A stretch of DNA of 64,000 nt from Octopus vulgaris (GCA_951406725.2 OX597837.1:5022001-5086000), one strand, 5' to 3'; positions 41,009 to 53,882 are shown, counted from the stretch's first letter. The notes: generated from the sequence alone by a model not told the origin. Made by a program: numbers and translations.

Positions 41009-41206
41009 GGGAAGGTTTACAAAAATAAACAAAAGACGAAGGCAGGTGGAGTACAAACAAACAAATGTATTAGTATGGCGCTCAGGAGTAGAAATAGAAC
41101 AAGTCATTTACGTTTCGAGCCTACGCTCTTCGACAGAAAGATACACAGAAAAGAAACAAGGAGAGAAAAAAATGCGTGTAGGAGCTAACGGTCTATCATG
41201 GGGTTG

Positions 41207-41251
<45 letters not shown>

Positions 41252-41463
41252 TTGTGTGTCTGTATTTATCCCCCTAACTTCGATTGACAACCGATGCTGG
41301 TGTGTTTACGTCCCCGTAACTTAGCAGTTCGGCAAAAAAAAAACAATAGAATAAGTACTAGGCTTACAAAGAATAAGTCCTGGGGTCAATTTGCTCGACT
41401 AAAGGCAGTGCTCCAGCATGGCCACAGTCAAATGACTGAAACAAGTAAAAGACTAAAAGAGTA
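40816..41463 (+). mobile_element. SINE family A, full length, interrupted in its (TA)n tract by a family E element
   Basis: Head 40816-40973, tail 41210-41463. Confidence 0.9.
41006..41200 (-). mobile_element. Family E HHR repeat; HHR at 41105-41140
   Basis: Reverse complement CUUU-CUGUCGA-a-GAGC guag GCUC-GAAA-CG-UA-AAUG. Confidence 0.75.
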
Positions 41464-41744
41464 ACTTGTACCTGGGGGTTACTCTAAAAAATTTTGTACT
41501 AAGATTCAACCCATTACCATTCCCATTACTCTGTCAAATATGATATTTATTAATTCACATTGTTTTGAATTAACGAATGTGTTATCTCACAGTTTTGGGA
41601 TTTCGATGATATGATTGTTTATTTTTAGAATGACATTGTTTAAATCTGACACTCCACCGGTTATGATGACGGGTGCACCAGATGATCCGATCAATGGAAA
41701 CAGCCTGCTTGTGAAATCAATGTTTAAGCGGCTGAGCACTCCAA

Positions 41745-41880
41745 AATCCACTCACAAGGCTTTGATTGGCCTGAGGCTATAGTTGAAGACACTTGCCAAA
41801 GGTTCCACGCAGTGGGACTGAACCCGGAACCATGTGGTTGGTAAGCAAGCGACTTACCACACAGCCACTCCTGCGCCTAT
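41745..41880 (-). mobile_element. SINE family A head
   Basis: Similarity to family A head. Confidence 0.85.
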
Positions 41881-42535
41881 AATTTGTATGACAAAATATT
41901 TTCATTAAGATTTGTGATTAAATTAACGTGTAAGGTTAATATTTATAATGAAACTCCCAAGGTCGACTTTGCCTTTTATCCTTTCGGGTGGGGTGGGGAG
42001 GTTGATAAATTAAGTACCAGTTGCATACTGGGGTTGATCTAATTGACTTGTACCCCTCCTCCCCAAATGTTTCAGGCCTTGTGTCTAGAGTGGAAAATAA
42101 TATTTATAATGAATTTGCGAATTTTGATGGATGTGCAGCAAACACCCAGCACACCCAGAATGTATGCCCCTGGACACAGTGTGCTGTCAAATATTGAACC
42201 CATAACCTTATGACCATGAACCGAATACACTAACCACCTAGCCATGCACCTTCACCGAATGATATTGCAGGATATGTGTGAAAAGTTAGATCTGGCCGCC
42301 TTAAACATAAAACAGATTGAAAATTTGGGCCTGATGTGGGTAGTTTAAATGCTAAATGGTTCATACTAAATTAGGGGTGCTATTTTCTCATGAGTAAATA
42401 CAGAATACATGGAGTTAAATACGAAATGAAGCAATTTCGAATTCCGTTCTGTGATACCACTGATTGTCGGTACTAATCCGGCCATTGAGTTGGCTCTAAT
42501 TAACATGTTATAATTAACAAATTATAAACTCATTA

Positions 42536-42982
42536 TAGGTGCAAGTGTGGCTGTGTGGTAAGAAGTTTGCTTCCCAACCACATGATCTTCGGTTCAGTCC
42601 CACTGCTTGGCAAACTTGGACAACTCTTCTGTAACCTCGGGCAGACCAAAGCCCCATGTGTAGATTTGGCAGACAGAAACTGAAGGAAGCCTACTGTAAC
42701 CGTTCGGGGCTGTTGCCAGCCTGCCCTGGCACGTAAAAAGCACCATACATACGTGGCCAATGCCAGCATCACCTTGACTGGCTTCTGTGCCGGTGGCACA
42801 TAAAAAGCACCCACTACATTCACGGAATGGTTGGCATTAGGAAGGGCATCCAGCTGTAGAAACACTGCCAGATCAGACTGGGCCTGGCGCAGCCTCCTGG
42901 CTTCCCAGACCTCAGTCGAACCGTCCAACCCAACCTAGCATGGAAAACGGATGTTAAACGATGATATAGATGATGATGATGA
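42536..42982 (+). mobile_element. SINE family A head joined to an RTE 3' UTR
   Basis: Head 42536-42692, then RTE tail to ...gttaaacgatga. Confidence 0.75.
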
Positions 42983-43022
<40 letters not shown>

Positions 43023-43055
43023 TGTATGTATGTATATGTATGTATGTATATAATC

Positions 43056-43286
43056 TTAAACAATTTAATAATGAAAGATGTTATTCACACCATATAGAAA
43101 ACATACTATAAAAACCTTATTATAAAAATCAATAAAGTACAAAAACAATAAATAGTAAATAGTAGTAATAGTAGTATTTACTATTTATTTTGTTTTTGTA
43201 CTTTATTGATTTTTATTATAAGGTTTTTATAGTATACATGTTTTCTATATAGTGTGAATAACATCTTTCATTATTGAATTGTTTAA
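43056..43286. repeat. AT-rich inverted repeat, about 110-bp arms
   Basis: ttaaacaatttaataatgaaagatgttattcacac... versus ...gtgtgaataacatctttcattattgaattgtttaa. Confidence 0.85.
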
Positions 43287-43669
43287 TAGAGGTTTTCTCT
43301 AAATTATATATATTATATATTGTGAAATTTGATTTAGAATTGCTAAATTGAATTTTTCCCTGTAAGTTTGGAATTATATTCCCTACTATTATTACCTGTA
43401 ATTTAAAAAGGTATTACAAAAGGAGAAAGGGGCTCTCTACCCGCCTTTTTGACCAGGCTCCTGTTGGCTTTTATGGGTTTTTTTCCACCAGGAACCTTTC
43501 GTAACGCTTTCCCCTTTTGGGAGATTTTCATTGTTATAATCTTTTGTTGTTAAACTGTTTTTTACTCGATTTCACAAACGGACAAAACTCTTTGTAACTT
43601 TCGTCCTGTTTTTGTCCCTTTATGTAATAATTTATTTTTGTCAGCCCTTGTGGCCAATAAAAGAATTAA

Positions 43670-43700
<31 letters not shown>

Positions 43701-44689
43701 CATTATTATTATTATTATTATTGCTACAGCAGTAGCAACAGTTAAATAATACCAGTGATATATTGGGGTACAATTCAACTGGTGATATAGACAATACTGG
43801 CGACATCATCATCATCAACACCATCATCAGTAGCTGCAGTAGTAGCAGCAGTCCCTGGGCAATACTGTCTTGAGTCCCAGGCCACATACGGCTGGTTACT
43901 TGGTTTCCATGGTGCACAGGTGACAGGATGCTAGTTCGTGGCAGGGTCACTCGTTCGGTTGACAAACTCCGGAGCATGATGCAGTCCTTGGTCCCAGCAG
44001 ATCTTGTCAAACCGCCTGTCCCGTACCAACCTTGAATTCATTTGGGCCCTGCCCCTAACAATACGGATTTCTCACCAAATGACAATGTTTACAATTTCTG
44101 TTGTTATTTTTGGCAGCATGAGTGAGAGTGGTAATTATTGTTGTAATTAGCATTGATTATAAATCACTGCAATTAACAACACGCTAATTGCTGTAGGAGA
44201 AGGAAAGAAGGAAAGAAAGTGATATAATTGCTATTTGTCACCATAAAACAATACGTAACTACTACTACTACTACAACTACTACAACTACTACTACTATAA
44301 CTACTACTACTACTACTACCACCACCACAACCACTATCACTACCACCACCATCACCACCACCACCACCACCACCACCACCACTATCACCACCACCACCAC
44401 TGCTGCTGCGCCTACTACTACTATTCCCATCACTGCCACAGTAGCACACCACCACCACCACCACCACCACCACCACCACCACCTTTACCACAAAGTAGGT
44501 GGTGCCAGTGTGACACAAGAAGTGCGTGTATGTGTGTGTGAGTGTGTGTATGGAGCACGCGACAAGCTTTTATTGTTATTTGAGTGAGGTTATGCGCAGG
44601 GTGGCCTGACACACATAGAAATGGGATGAGAGGAGATCATTCCAGAAAGGTTGGGCAGAGGTTGTGAATGTGTGGTTTCTATTTACTGT

Positions 44690-45490
44690 TACCTTCTATT
44701 CCCTGTATTCTACCCATAATCTCTCTACTTTACCCCTAATCCCTGTACCTTACCCTTAATCCCTATGTTGTATCCCTAATCTTTGTACTTTATCAATAAC
44801 CCCATATCTTACTCCTAATCTTTGTACCTTATCCCTAATTGCTGTACCTTACCCATAATCTCTTTAGTAAACTCTAATCCCTGTAGCTTACCCATAACCC
44901 CTGTGCTTTACCCTTAATCTTTGTACTTTATCTCTAATCTCTGTCCTTTACCAATAATCTCTATACCTTACTCCTAATCTTTGTACCTTATCCCTAATTG
45001 CTGAACACCTTACCCATAATCTCTTTAGTAAACCCTAATCCCTGTAGCTTACCCATAACCCATGTGCCTTATCCTTAATCTTTGTACTTTATCCCTAATC
45101 TCTGTGCCTTACCAATAATCTCTATACCTTACCCCAGTTTTTATCTAACAGTTTGGAGTGCTTGATCTTTGGGTTTTGTGAAAGGGACATATTCCACTTG
45201 TCACTATGAATATTGTCTATATTAACAAAGTGGCCAAAATTGATCCCTAGTAAACTCTAATCCCTGTAGCTTACCCATAACCCCTGTGCCTTACCTTTAA
45301 TCTTTGTTCTTTATCCCTAATCTCTGTGCCTTACCAATAATCTCTATACCTTACTCTTAATTACTGTACCTAATCCCAGCTTTCATCTAACAGTTTAGAG
45401 TGCCTGATCTTTGTGAAAGGGACATGTTCTACTTGTCACTATGAATATTGTCTATATCAGATGTTAGCAAAGTGGCCAGAATTGATCCCT
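44690..45490. repeat. 20-bp minisatellite (tacccctaatccctgtacct-like) with higher-order duplications
   Basis: Unit recurs about every 20 bp; a block of about 159 bp repeats at 44808 and 44967; a block of about 222 bp repeats near 45027 and 45249. Confidence 0.9.
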
Positions 45491-45602
45491 TGGAATAGTG
45501 GGTCTATGTGGCTTACCAAGGCATTTGATAAACACCTGAAACGATTTTGAGAATTAAGGATGCTGGATCATAAAGCAAACTGAATCGTGAAGAATGCAAT
45601 AA

Positions 45603-46184
45603 TCTATACATATAAAGCTGAAGTTGTCTGTGTGTGTGTGTATGGTAGGTTTGGTAGCCTTCAACAAACAGTATCTCCTCTGAGACCCTGCAGCGCAAGT
45701 TGACCAAAATTGAGAGTATGATAGAAAAAGGCTTACTCTTCCTTCCGTAGAAGAAAAAATTCAAATCGGACCATGTTAAGACCAAAAATTATTTACATCA
45801 AAAAGGTGCTTTTTTTCTATGAAAATCCCTATTTTTTTACGATTTTTTTACTACTGTGTTGTCATTTTTCAGTGTATTTCAACCTGAAAAATGTAAACTT
45901 AAAGAGAATAACAAGCTACATAATGCCAAATTTTTACTTTTCAAAAACTCCAATTCTAAAGGGTCAAAAAGAAAACAAACCCGAGCAATGCCGGGCTATA
46001 CTATCCTTATTTTTTAAGATTTTTTGACTGCTGTGTTGTCATTTTGCCGTGTATTTCAACCAGAAAAATGTTCACTTAAAGAGAATAACAAGCTACATAA
46101 TGCAAAATTTTTACTTTTCAAAAATTCCAATTCTAAAGGGTCGAAAAGAAAACAAACCCGAGCAACGCCGGGCTATACTGCTAG
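45603..46184 (+). mobile_element. Non-autonomous Helitron, complete, with duplicated 3' segment
   Basis: A|TCtatacatataaagctgaag start; cccgagcaacgccggg hairpin then CTAG|T; no TSD. Confidence 0.85.
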
Positions 46185-46832
46185 TTTAAAGCTAAAACTC
46201 ACTAATTTTTAGCCAAATATCAATGCCAATATTAACTAAAATTCACTAGACACTTATTTCATATTAAATATTCTGACTCTATCAATATCATATGAATGAA
46301 TTATTATGGTTCTTTATTAATTTCATTGAGTATTTTCCTTAAAATATTTCGTATTAAAAAAGCATTAATGACACAAAAGGATGAAGAAATTATTGTTTTT
46401 TTCTAAAATCAAGAATTTGTTTTTATTAAATAATACTTTTTAATTTTATAAGGGTTCTTATTTCACATTAAATATTCCAATTATACTAATGTAATTTGTA
46501 TTGGATTCTTATTATGCTTTATAAATTTTGCTAAATTACTTTCCATTAAATTTCTTCGAAAATTTCTTATTAAAAAGCTGTTAACGATACAAAAGAACAA
46601 AATAATTATCATTTTCAAATCAAGAATTTACTTTATCAATTATATTTTTTAAAAATTTCATTTTAAGAAAGTAACACAATAGGGGTCAATAATTTAGCAA
46701 TGATGTCATGAAGGGCTCAATGATATAAGGAGCTTACCAGCCCTTGGCCTACATAAACAGCTCAGCATGGTGAGGCCAATAGCTAATGATGTGCTGGAGT
46801 TTTAGCATCTCCTGAGATTGTTGGATGGTATT

Positions 46833-47148
46833 GGCAAGCTGGCAGAATCGTTAGCATTCCAAGTGAAATGCTTAGTGATATTACATCAGCCGCTACGTTC
46901 TGAGTTCAAATTCCATCGAGGTCGGCTTTGCCTTTCATCTTTTTGGGGTCAATAAATTAAGTACCACAGTTCTATATTTAAAAGATGAGGAATTATTTAC
47001 ATTATTTACATTATTTACATTTGACGGATATTTGTCCTCATCTTGTTTGTGGTTAACACAATGTTTTGGCTGATTTACCCTCCAGCCTTCATCAGGTGTC
47101 TTGGGGTAAATTTTGAACCTGGGTTCTCATTTCTAAGGGATTTTTCAA

Positions 47149-47201
<53 letters not shown>

Positions 47202-47339
47202 TCACTACCTGAAATCGAACTCGGAATCTTGAGGTTAGTAGCCCGCTCTCTTAACCACTATGCCATATGGCGTACTGCTTAAGAGCGTGGGCTACTAACA
47301 CCAAGATTCTGAGTTCGATTTCAGGTAGTGACCTGAATA

Positions 47340-47372
<33 letters not shown>

Positions 47373-47620
47373 ACAACAACATTGCAAAATATGTTAGGAA
47401 TGAGAACCCAGGTTCGAAATTTCCCCCAAGACACCTGATGAAGGCTGGAGGCTATATCAGCCGAAACATTATGTTAACAACAAACAAGATGAGGACAAAG
47501 ATCTGTCAAATGTAAACAAAGTAAATAATGTAAATTAAGTACCAGTTGAATGTTGAAGTTGATATAATTGACTGTCCCCGTCCCCACAAAATCCAGGCTT
47601 TGTGTTTATAGCAGAAAGAA
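46833..47620 (+). mobile_element. SINE family C-related host copy, split by the palindromic family F insertion
   Basis: ggcaagctggcagaatcgttagc...taaattaagtacca|insert|taaattaagtaccagttg... Confidence 0.8.
46967..47530. mobile_element. Family F: head-to-head palindrome of [tRNA-like head + (AAT)n + HHR tail], 14-bp TSD
   Basis: Symmetry centre 47266/47267; HHR core CUGAUGA at 47435-41 and its mirror near 47090; TSD taaattaagtacca at 46953-66 and 47531-44. Confidence 0.85.
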
Positions 47621-47815
47621 TGGTTAGCATGCTGGATGAAATGCTTAACAGTATTTCGCTCATTGTTCCATTCTGAGTTCAAATCTCGCTGAGGTCAACT
47701 TTGCCTTTCATCCTTTTGGGGTTGATAAAATAAGTATCAGTTGAGCACTGGGGTCGATGTGATTGACTTACTCCCTCCTCTGAAATTGCTGGCCTTGTGC
47801 CAAAATTTGAAATCA
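47621..47815 (+). mobile_element. SINE family C-related copy
   Basis: gttagcatg...ctgagttcaaatc...gtcaactttgcctttcatcctttt. Confidence 0.75.
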
Positions 47816-48566
47816 TCATTATGGTTATTGTTGATGTTATGTAAAAAAAAATATATATATATAGACATGTCATAGAAAGTAAACTGTAATTAATTATCTG
47901 GCTATCTGGGAAGAAATAGAATCCTTGTGTGTGTGTGTGTATGTGTGTGTGTGTATGTGTGTGTGTGTGTGTGTGTATGTGTGTGTGTGTGTGTGTGCTT
48001 GAAGTGTCAGAAATATATAATCATCACTATCGTTATCACCATTGTCATATCAATGTCATCATCATCATCATCATGACCATCATCATCATCGTTATCATCA
48101 TCTCTCTAGCACCATCATCACCACCACCACTGCCACCACCACCAGCACATTCCGCCTACCATTTAAATATTTGCCCGCCCACCACCACCACCACCTCACC
48201 ATACCAAGCATGAGTGTGGACAGATCTGTCATCACGCCACAGCATCATCTCGTGATCATAACACTACCTGTACGTGGTCATTTACCTTGCTAGAAATACC
48301 AACCAAATATTCCTCGATCCGCACCCTGCAGTCTGTAAGGGCCAAGGAACTAGTCTTAAACTAGGCTGAATTAACCCTTTCTGATTAACAACAACATCAT
48401 TTGTTGTTGTTGTTTAGCTAGGTCAATCATAAGTAGACAAATCTATGATCAAAGACACTCCTGCCATGCCCATCCTGTGTTATTCCAAACAGTGCTCCTA
48501 GGATTATATTTATCTAAAGAATTCTTCATTTTTTTAAAATAGTAGAATGTTGTTTGTCTTTTCTAT

Positions 48567-48838
48567 ACTCTTTACTCTTTTACTTGTTTCAGTCATTTGA
48601 CTGTGGCCATGCTGGAGCACTGCCTTTAGTTGAGCAAATCGACCCCAGGTCTTATTCTTTGTAAGCCTAGTACTTATTCAATCTGTCTCTTTTGCCAAAC
48701 CGCTAAGTTACAGGGATGTAAACATACCAGCATCGGTTGTCAAGTGATGTTGGGGGGACAAACAGACACACAAACACACACATATATATACATATACATA
48801 TATACGACGGGCTTCTTTCAGTTTCCATCTACCAAATC
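48567..48838 (-). mobile_element. SINE family A, 5'-truncated
   Basis: Similarity to family A. Confidence 0.85.
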
Positions 48839-49015
48839 CGGCAGAAGGTAATGGCGAACTTCTGCTGACTCTTTCGCCACAATTTTCTCTCACTCTTTCC
48901 TCCTGCATCTCACCTGCGACGAACCAGCATCCTGTTCAGGTGAGGAACCTATACACCAAGGAAACCGGGAAACTGGCCCTTATGAGCCAGGTATGGCTCG
49001 AGAAGGAACAAACAA
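48838..49015 (+). mobile_element. SINE family G-related 3' part with a different tail
   Basis: ccggcag...actctttcgccacaattttctctcactcttt is shared with 15841-15900. Confidence 0.6.
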
Positions 49016-49096
49016 CAGCATCTTTCACCATCATCACAGTCATTTGGTCTAAGTGCAGTAGACATAGCACACAGCCTGGTCTAACACCACATCACC

Positions 49097-49323
49097 TTTG
49101 CGAATTCTGCTTCGCAATGATAGGAAGAGCCAACGTTGAAGGACCAAAAAGCAACATTGCTGTAAATCCTCGGCTGCCATGAGCCAGTTATCCCTGTGGT
49201 AACTTTTCTGATACCTTTCAGTGGATGTCTAGCTCACCACTGTTCAGAAAGGGCTGGTGGGCCACACTTCTGCGATCCGTATTTATGCTGAAAATCGAGA
49301 CTGAGCGAGCTTTTGCCCTTTTG
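49097..49323 (-). pseudogene. Decayed 28S (LSU) rRNA fragment, domain V region
   Basis: gaattctgcttc.caatgataggaagagcc, gccagttatccctgtggtaacttttctga and gcgagcttttgccctt are the antisense of highly conserved eukaryotic LSU rRNA segments; many substitutions between them; no other rDNA nearby. Confidence 0.9.
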
Positions 49324-50396
49324 TGTGTAATGGACCTGACATATATAGCTTGGTCTAACACTACAAAAGCATCACCATTGTCTGGTGTGACAGACCGAAA
49401 AGACAACCAGGTCAACATCATCATCATCATCATCACCACTACCACCACCCCCATCACCACCACCATCACCACCACAAGCCGTTCAAGAATTTAGACCTGG
49501 AGATCTCCATTTCCAGCGACTTCGAGGGCCACCTCCCAGTGGTGTCGGGCGTCAACGTAGAGCCCTCCACTACAACAAGACGACCAAAGTTTTTTTTTTT
49601 TTCAAGATCTGGGGTCTCCCATCCCTAAGCCCTAGACCATCACCTAATCACCTTTACCTGTCTTGTTGCTTAACAAAAACAACAACAGCATCAGCATCAT
49701 CATACCACTTGGTCTTTGTCTGGTGGGCCTCACACAGTTCAGTCTAACATCCACCACCACCACCATCAACTGGTCTTTGTGTGATGATCCCACCCAATAC
49801 ACAGCTATGTCTGATATCATCACATTGAGCCAATAAAAGAGTCTCGGTGTAGTCTCTGAACCGGCTAGAAATAGCAGCCAAATCTCCATCACAACACATT
49901 TTTTTTTTGAAAAAGAAAAATGGAAGAACATATTGCATACATGTAATCCATGAAGTACACTCTTAGAAAGCAAAACGAAAGAATACAAAAAAGAGACATG
50001 ATGGGCATGGTTGGTGTGTCTTCGATTATAGGTGCATTCATTTACGGTTGACCTAGTAATGCAACAATACTGCAAATATATTTTCCTAATCTTCTCTCCT
50101 ATCATAAAGAATTGGACTACACACACAGACACACACACCTAATATATACACTCCTACACATGTGCATGATATATACACATGTCTAGATATATGTCTGTGT
50201 GTGTAATTTTAACATCCGGACTTGTGGACTTGTTGTAAAGTTCATGATGTTAATAGAGGGGCTTTTCTCTCTTTTTATTCTTTTTGAAAATTCAATGGCA
50301 CAAACATACACTCACACACACATACAAGGATAAAACGAATGCATCTCTATACACACAGACATTATATATATATGTATATCTTCAGATTAAGATGAC

Positions 50397-50585
<189 letters not shown>

Positions 50586-50680
50586 CATATACATATATAT
50601 ATACATATACATATATATACATATACATATACACATATATATATATATATATGTATATACATATATATATATACATATAC

Positions 50681-50728
<48 letters not shown>

Positions 50729-50738
50729 ACATACACAC

Positions 50739-50771
<33 letters not shown>

Positions 50772-51090
50772 AGTGTTTTGTAGGTATGTAAGAGTTTACG
50801 AATATTTATAATAAGTTCCGATATCAGTCATAAATACCTTGATTGCTGCGATATATATCAGTTTTATATGTCATTTAATCCAATAATAGTCATAATTATA
50901 TATCAGCGTGCATGTGTATGTATACACACACACACTCACACACATATATAAATATATATATATATATATGTATACATACACACACACATTTGTCTGTACA
51001 TATCTGTATATATCTGTCTGTGTATACATATATATACATATATATGTCCACACACGCACATACATATATGTATGTATATATATATATACG

Positions 51091-51149
<59 letters not shown>

Positions 51150-51230
51150 GTGTGCATACACAGATACACATACATAAACTTTTGTTCTATCTGTATATAT
51201 TTATGTACACATACACAGAGAGAACGAAAG

Positions 51231-51276
<46 letters not shown>

Positions 51277-51709
51277 ATACAAGGCAGGAGAACATAGTCT
51301 TAATTCATTTATTTATAAGATTTCTACACATGTTTTGGTGATAGTTACACATCAATTACTTTAGATTAAGATAATATATATACATACATACATATATATA
51401 TATATATGCATATTGTTGCTAAACTAGAAGATTTCCTTGGTCATAGACCCCTCAGTGAATCTGAAAGAGTCCATTATTTCAAACTCACAAATAAGAACAG
51501 AACAGTCTACTGACTTATGTCAAATGTATGAAACCCTAGGTATGAGGAAATGACTTTATTTTGTAGGTCATAATTATATGACGCCTCATATTTTTTGCGA
51601 TGTGCTGCAGGATCTCTTGGAGTTTGGGCAGAAAAACAAAAACATACATGTGAATACACACACACACAAACACACATACACACACTCATGATTATCTATA
51701 TGTTATATG

Positions 51710-51764
<55 letters not shown>

Positions 51765-52011
51765 CATAAATATGTATACTCTTACAAAATGCCTTTCCAA
51801 CAATATATCTGTCCTACCTTCTTACATACAGATATACACACACAATCACACATACACACACATGCACACACACACACACACACACACTCACACGTATGTA
51901 TATATATATCTATATCAATATCAATATCTATATCAGTCTATCTATCTATCTATCTATATATATATATACACACACATATATATACATATATATATACATA
52001 TATATATACAC

Positions 52012-52044
<33 letters not shown>

Positions 52045-52940
52045 TACACACCTCATTGCATATATACATCATCATCAAACCCATTCATACAAATTTGCAT
52101 AAACACACACAAAGCATACACTTATATACATATGTATATACACACTTACACACACACACATTGCAAAATGCCTGTCTATGAGAAAAATTTAACCTATAAT
52201 TTCCTGTGGCTAAGCAATAGAGGGGGAGTGAGATAAAGACAAGCAAAGAGAGAGAGAGAGAGAGGGGGGAAAGAGGGAGAGAGGAGAGAGAGGAAAGAGG
52301 GAGAGAGGAGAGAGAAAGAGAGAGGGAGAAAGTACAAGGACTAGAAATATATAAAATGAGAAAGTGAGGAGAGAGAGTAAAAGAGAGACAGAGAGAAAGA
52401 AAGAGAGAGTAAAAAGGGGGAATTGTTAGCAGGTGGGGGGAATGGATTCTGGCAGACATGTTTCTTATATTGTTGTTATTGCTATTGTTGTTGCTATTTT
52501 TATTATTGTGGTGGTGTTGGCAGTGGTGGTACGCTATACAAGATGGCTTCCTGTCAAGGAAGTGGACATCAAGTATGAATGTCCACCCATGGAAAGGCAG
52601 GTTTGTGACATACACGTGTAAGTGTATATACATAGATGCATACATACATACATACATACATACATACATACATACATACACACATACATACATACATACA
52701 TACATACACACAGACACACACTTTATTATCAAAACTGCAAAAACATCACAAAAACTGTTAGCCAGAGTTTCGTGTTCCTGTTCCTTGGGCCATTGTGATC
52801 AAGATGGAACAGACAGAACAGACAGAACAGGCAGCCTGGTCTAATATCATCATAATCATCATCATCATCATCATCATTATACCACTCAGTCTTTGTGTGG
52901 TAGACCTCACACAGTTCAGTCTAAGCTCTTCATAAGGTCT

Positions 52941-53003
52941 TAATAACTGATGAGATGCTGGAGTAGACTTCAGCCCTGGTATCTGAAACTCTGAGTTTTA
53001 TTA
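52941..53003 (+). ncRNA. Family J hammerhead motif
   Basis: UAAUAA-CUGAUGA-GAUGCUGG...CUGGUAUCu-GAAA-CUC U GAG-UU-UUAUUA. Confidence 0.7.
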
Positions 53004-53115
53004 TGATAACCAACTAAATGTCACATAATATTTATAGATATATTCCTCTATTTTACATAATATTGAGGTCTCATTATTTCTTTTGCTGTCATATTATTAT
53101 TATTATTAATATATA

Positions 53116-53160
<45 letters not shown>

Positions 53161-53415
53161 TACCAAATATATACGTTTTATTTATTATTTTGCAAATTAC
53201 TTAATCATCGTTATATTTTTTATCTTATATTTAATATTTCTGTTATATGTAATTTTCTAGATGGTGTAATTTAATTTTTCATTTTGAATTGATAAAAGGT
53301 GTTTTTTTTCCTCTAATTTATATATATATATATTATATTTTGTGAATTTTGATTTAGTATTTCTAAATTGAATTTTTCCCTGTAAGTTTGGAATAATATT
53401 CCCTCAAATTATTAT

Positions 53416-53469
<54 letters not shown>

Positions 53470-53472
<3 letters not shown>

Positions 53473-53882
53473 ACTCTTTTACTCTTTTACTTGTTTCAGT
53501 CATTTGACTGCGGCCATGCTGGAGCACCACCTTTAGTCGAGCAAATCGACCCCGGGACTTATTCTTTGTAAGCCCAGTACTTATTCTATCAGTCTCTTTG
53601 CCGAACCACTAAGTAATGGGGACATAAACACACCAGCATCGGTTGTCAAGCAATGCTAGGTGGACAAACACAGACACACAAACACACACACACACATATA
53701 TATATATATACATATATACGACAGGCTTCTTTCAGTTTCCGTCTACCAAATCCACTCACAAGGCATTGGTCAGCCCGGGGCTATAGCAGAAGACACTTGC
53801 CCAAGATGCCGCGCAGTGGGACTGAACCCGGAACCATGTGGTTGGTTAGCAAGCTACTTACCACACAGCCACTCCTGCGCCT
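53470..53882 (-). mobile_element. SINE family A, full length
   Basis: Reverse complement of the family A consensus. Confidence 0.9.

Noticed and set aside
43666-44010. 114-aa ORF with a non-repetitive N-terminal half
   Set aside because: No recognisable motif, and the C-terminus runs into microsatellite; no support for coding.
44690-45380. CRISPR-like or telomeric array
   Set aside because: No unique spacers and no cas genes; CCCTAA occurs only within a 20-bp unit, not as tandem hexamers.
49097-49323. Functional rDNA locus
   Set aside because: Short, isolated and mutated at conserved positions.
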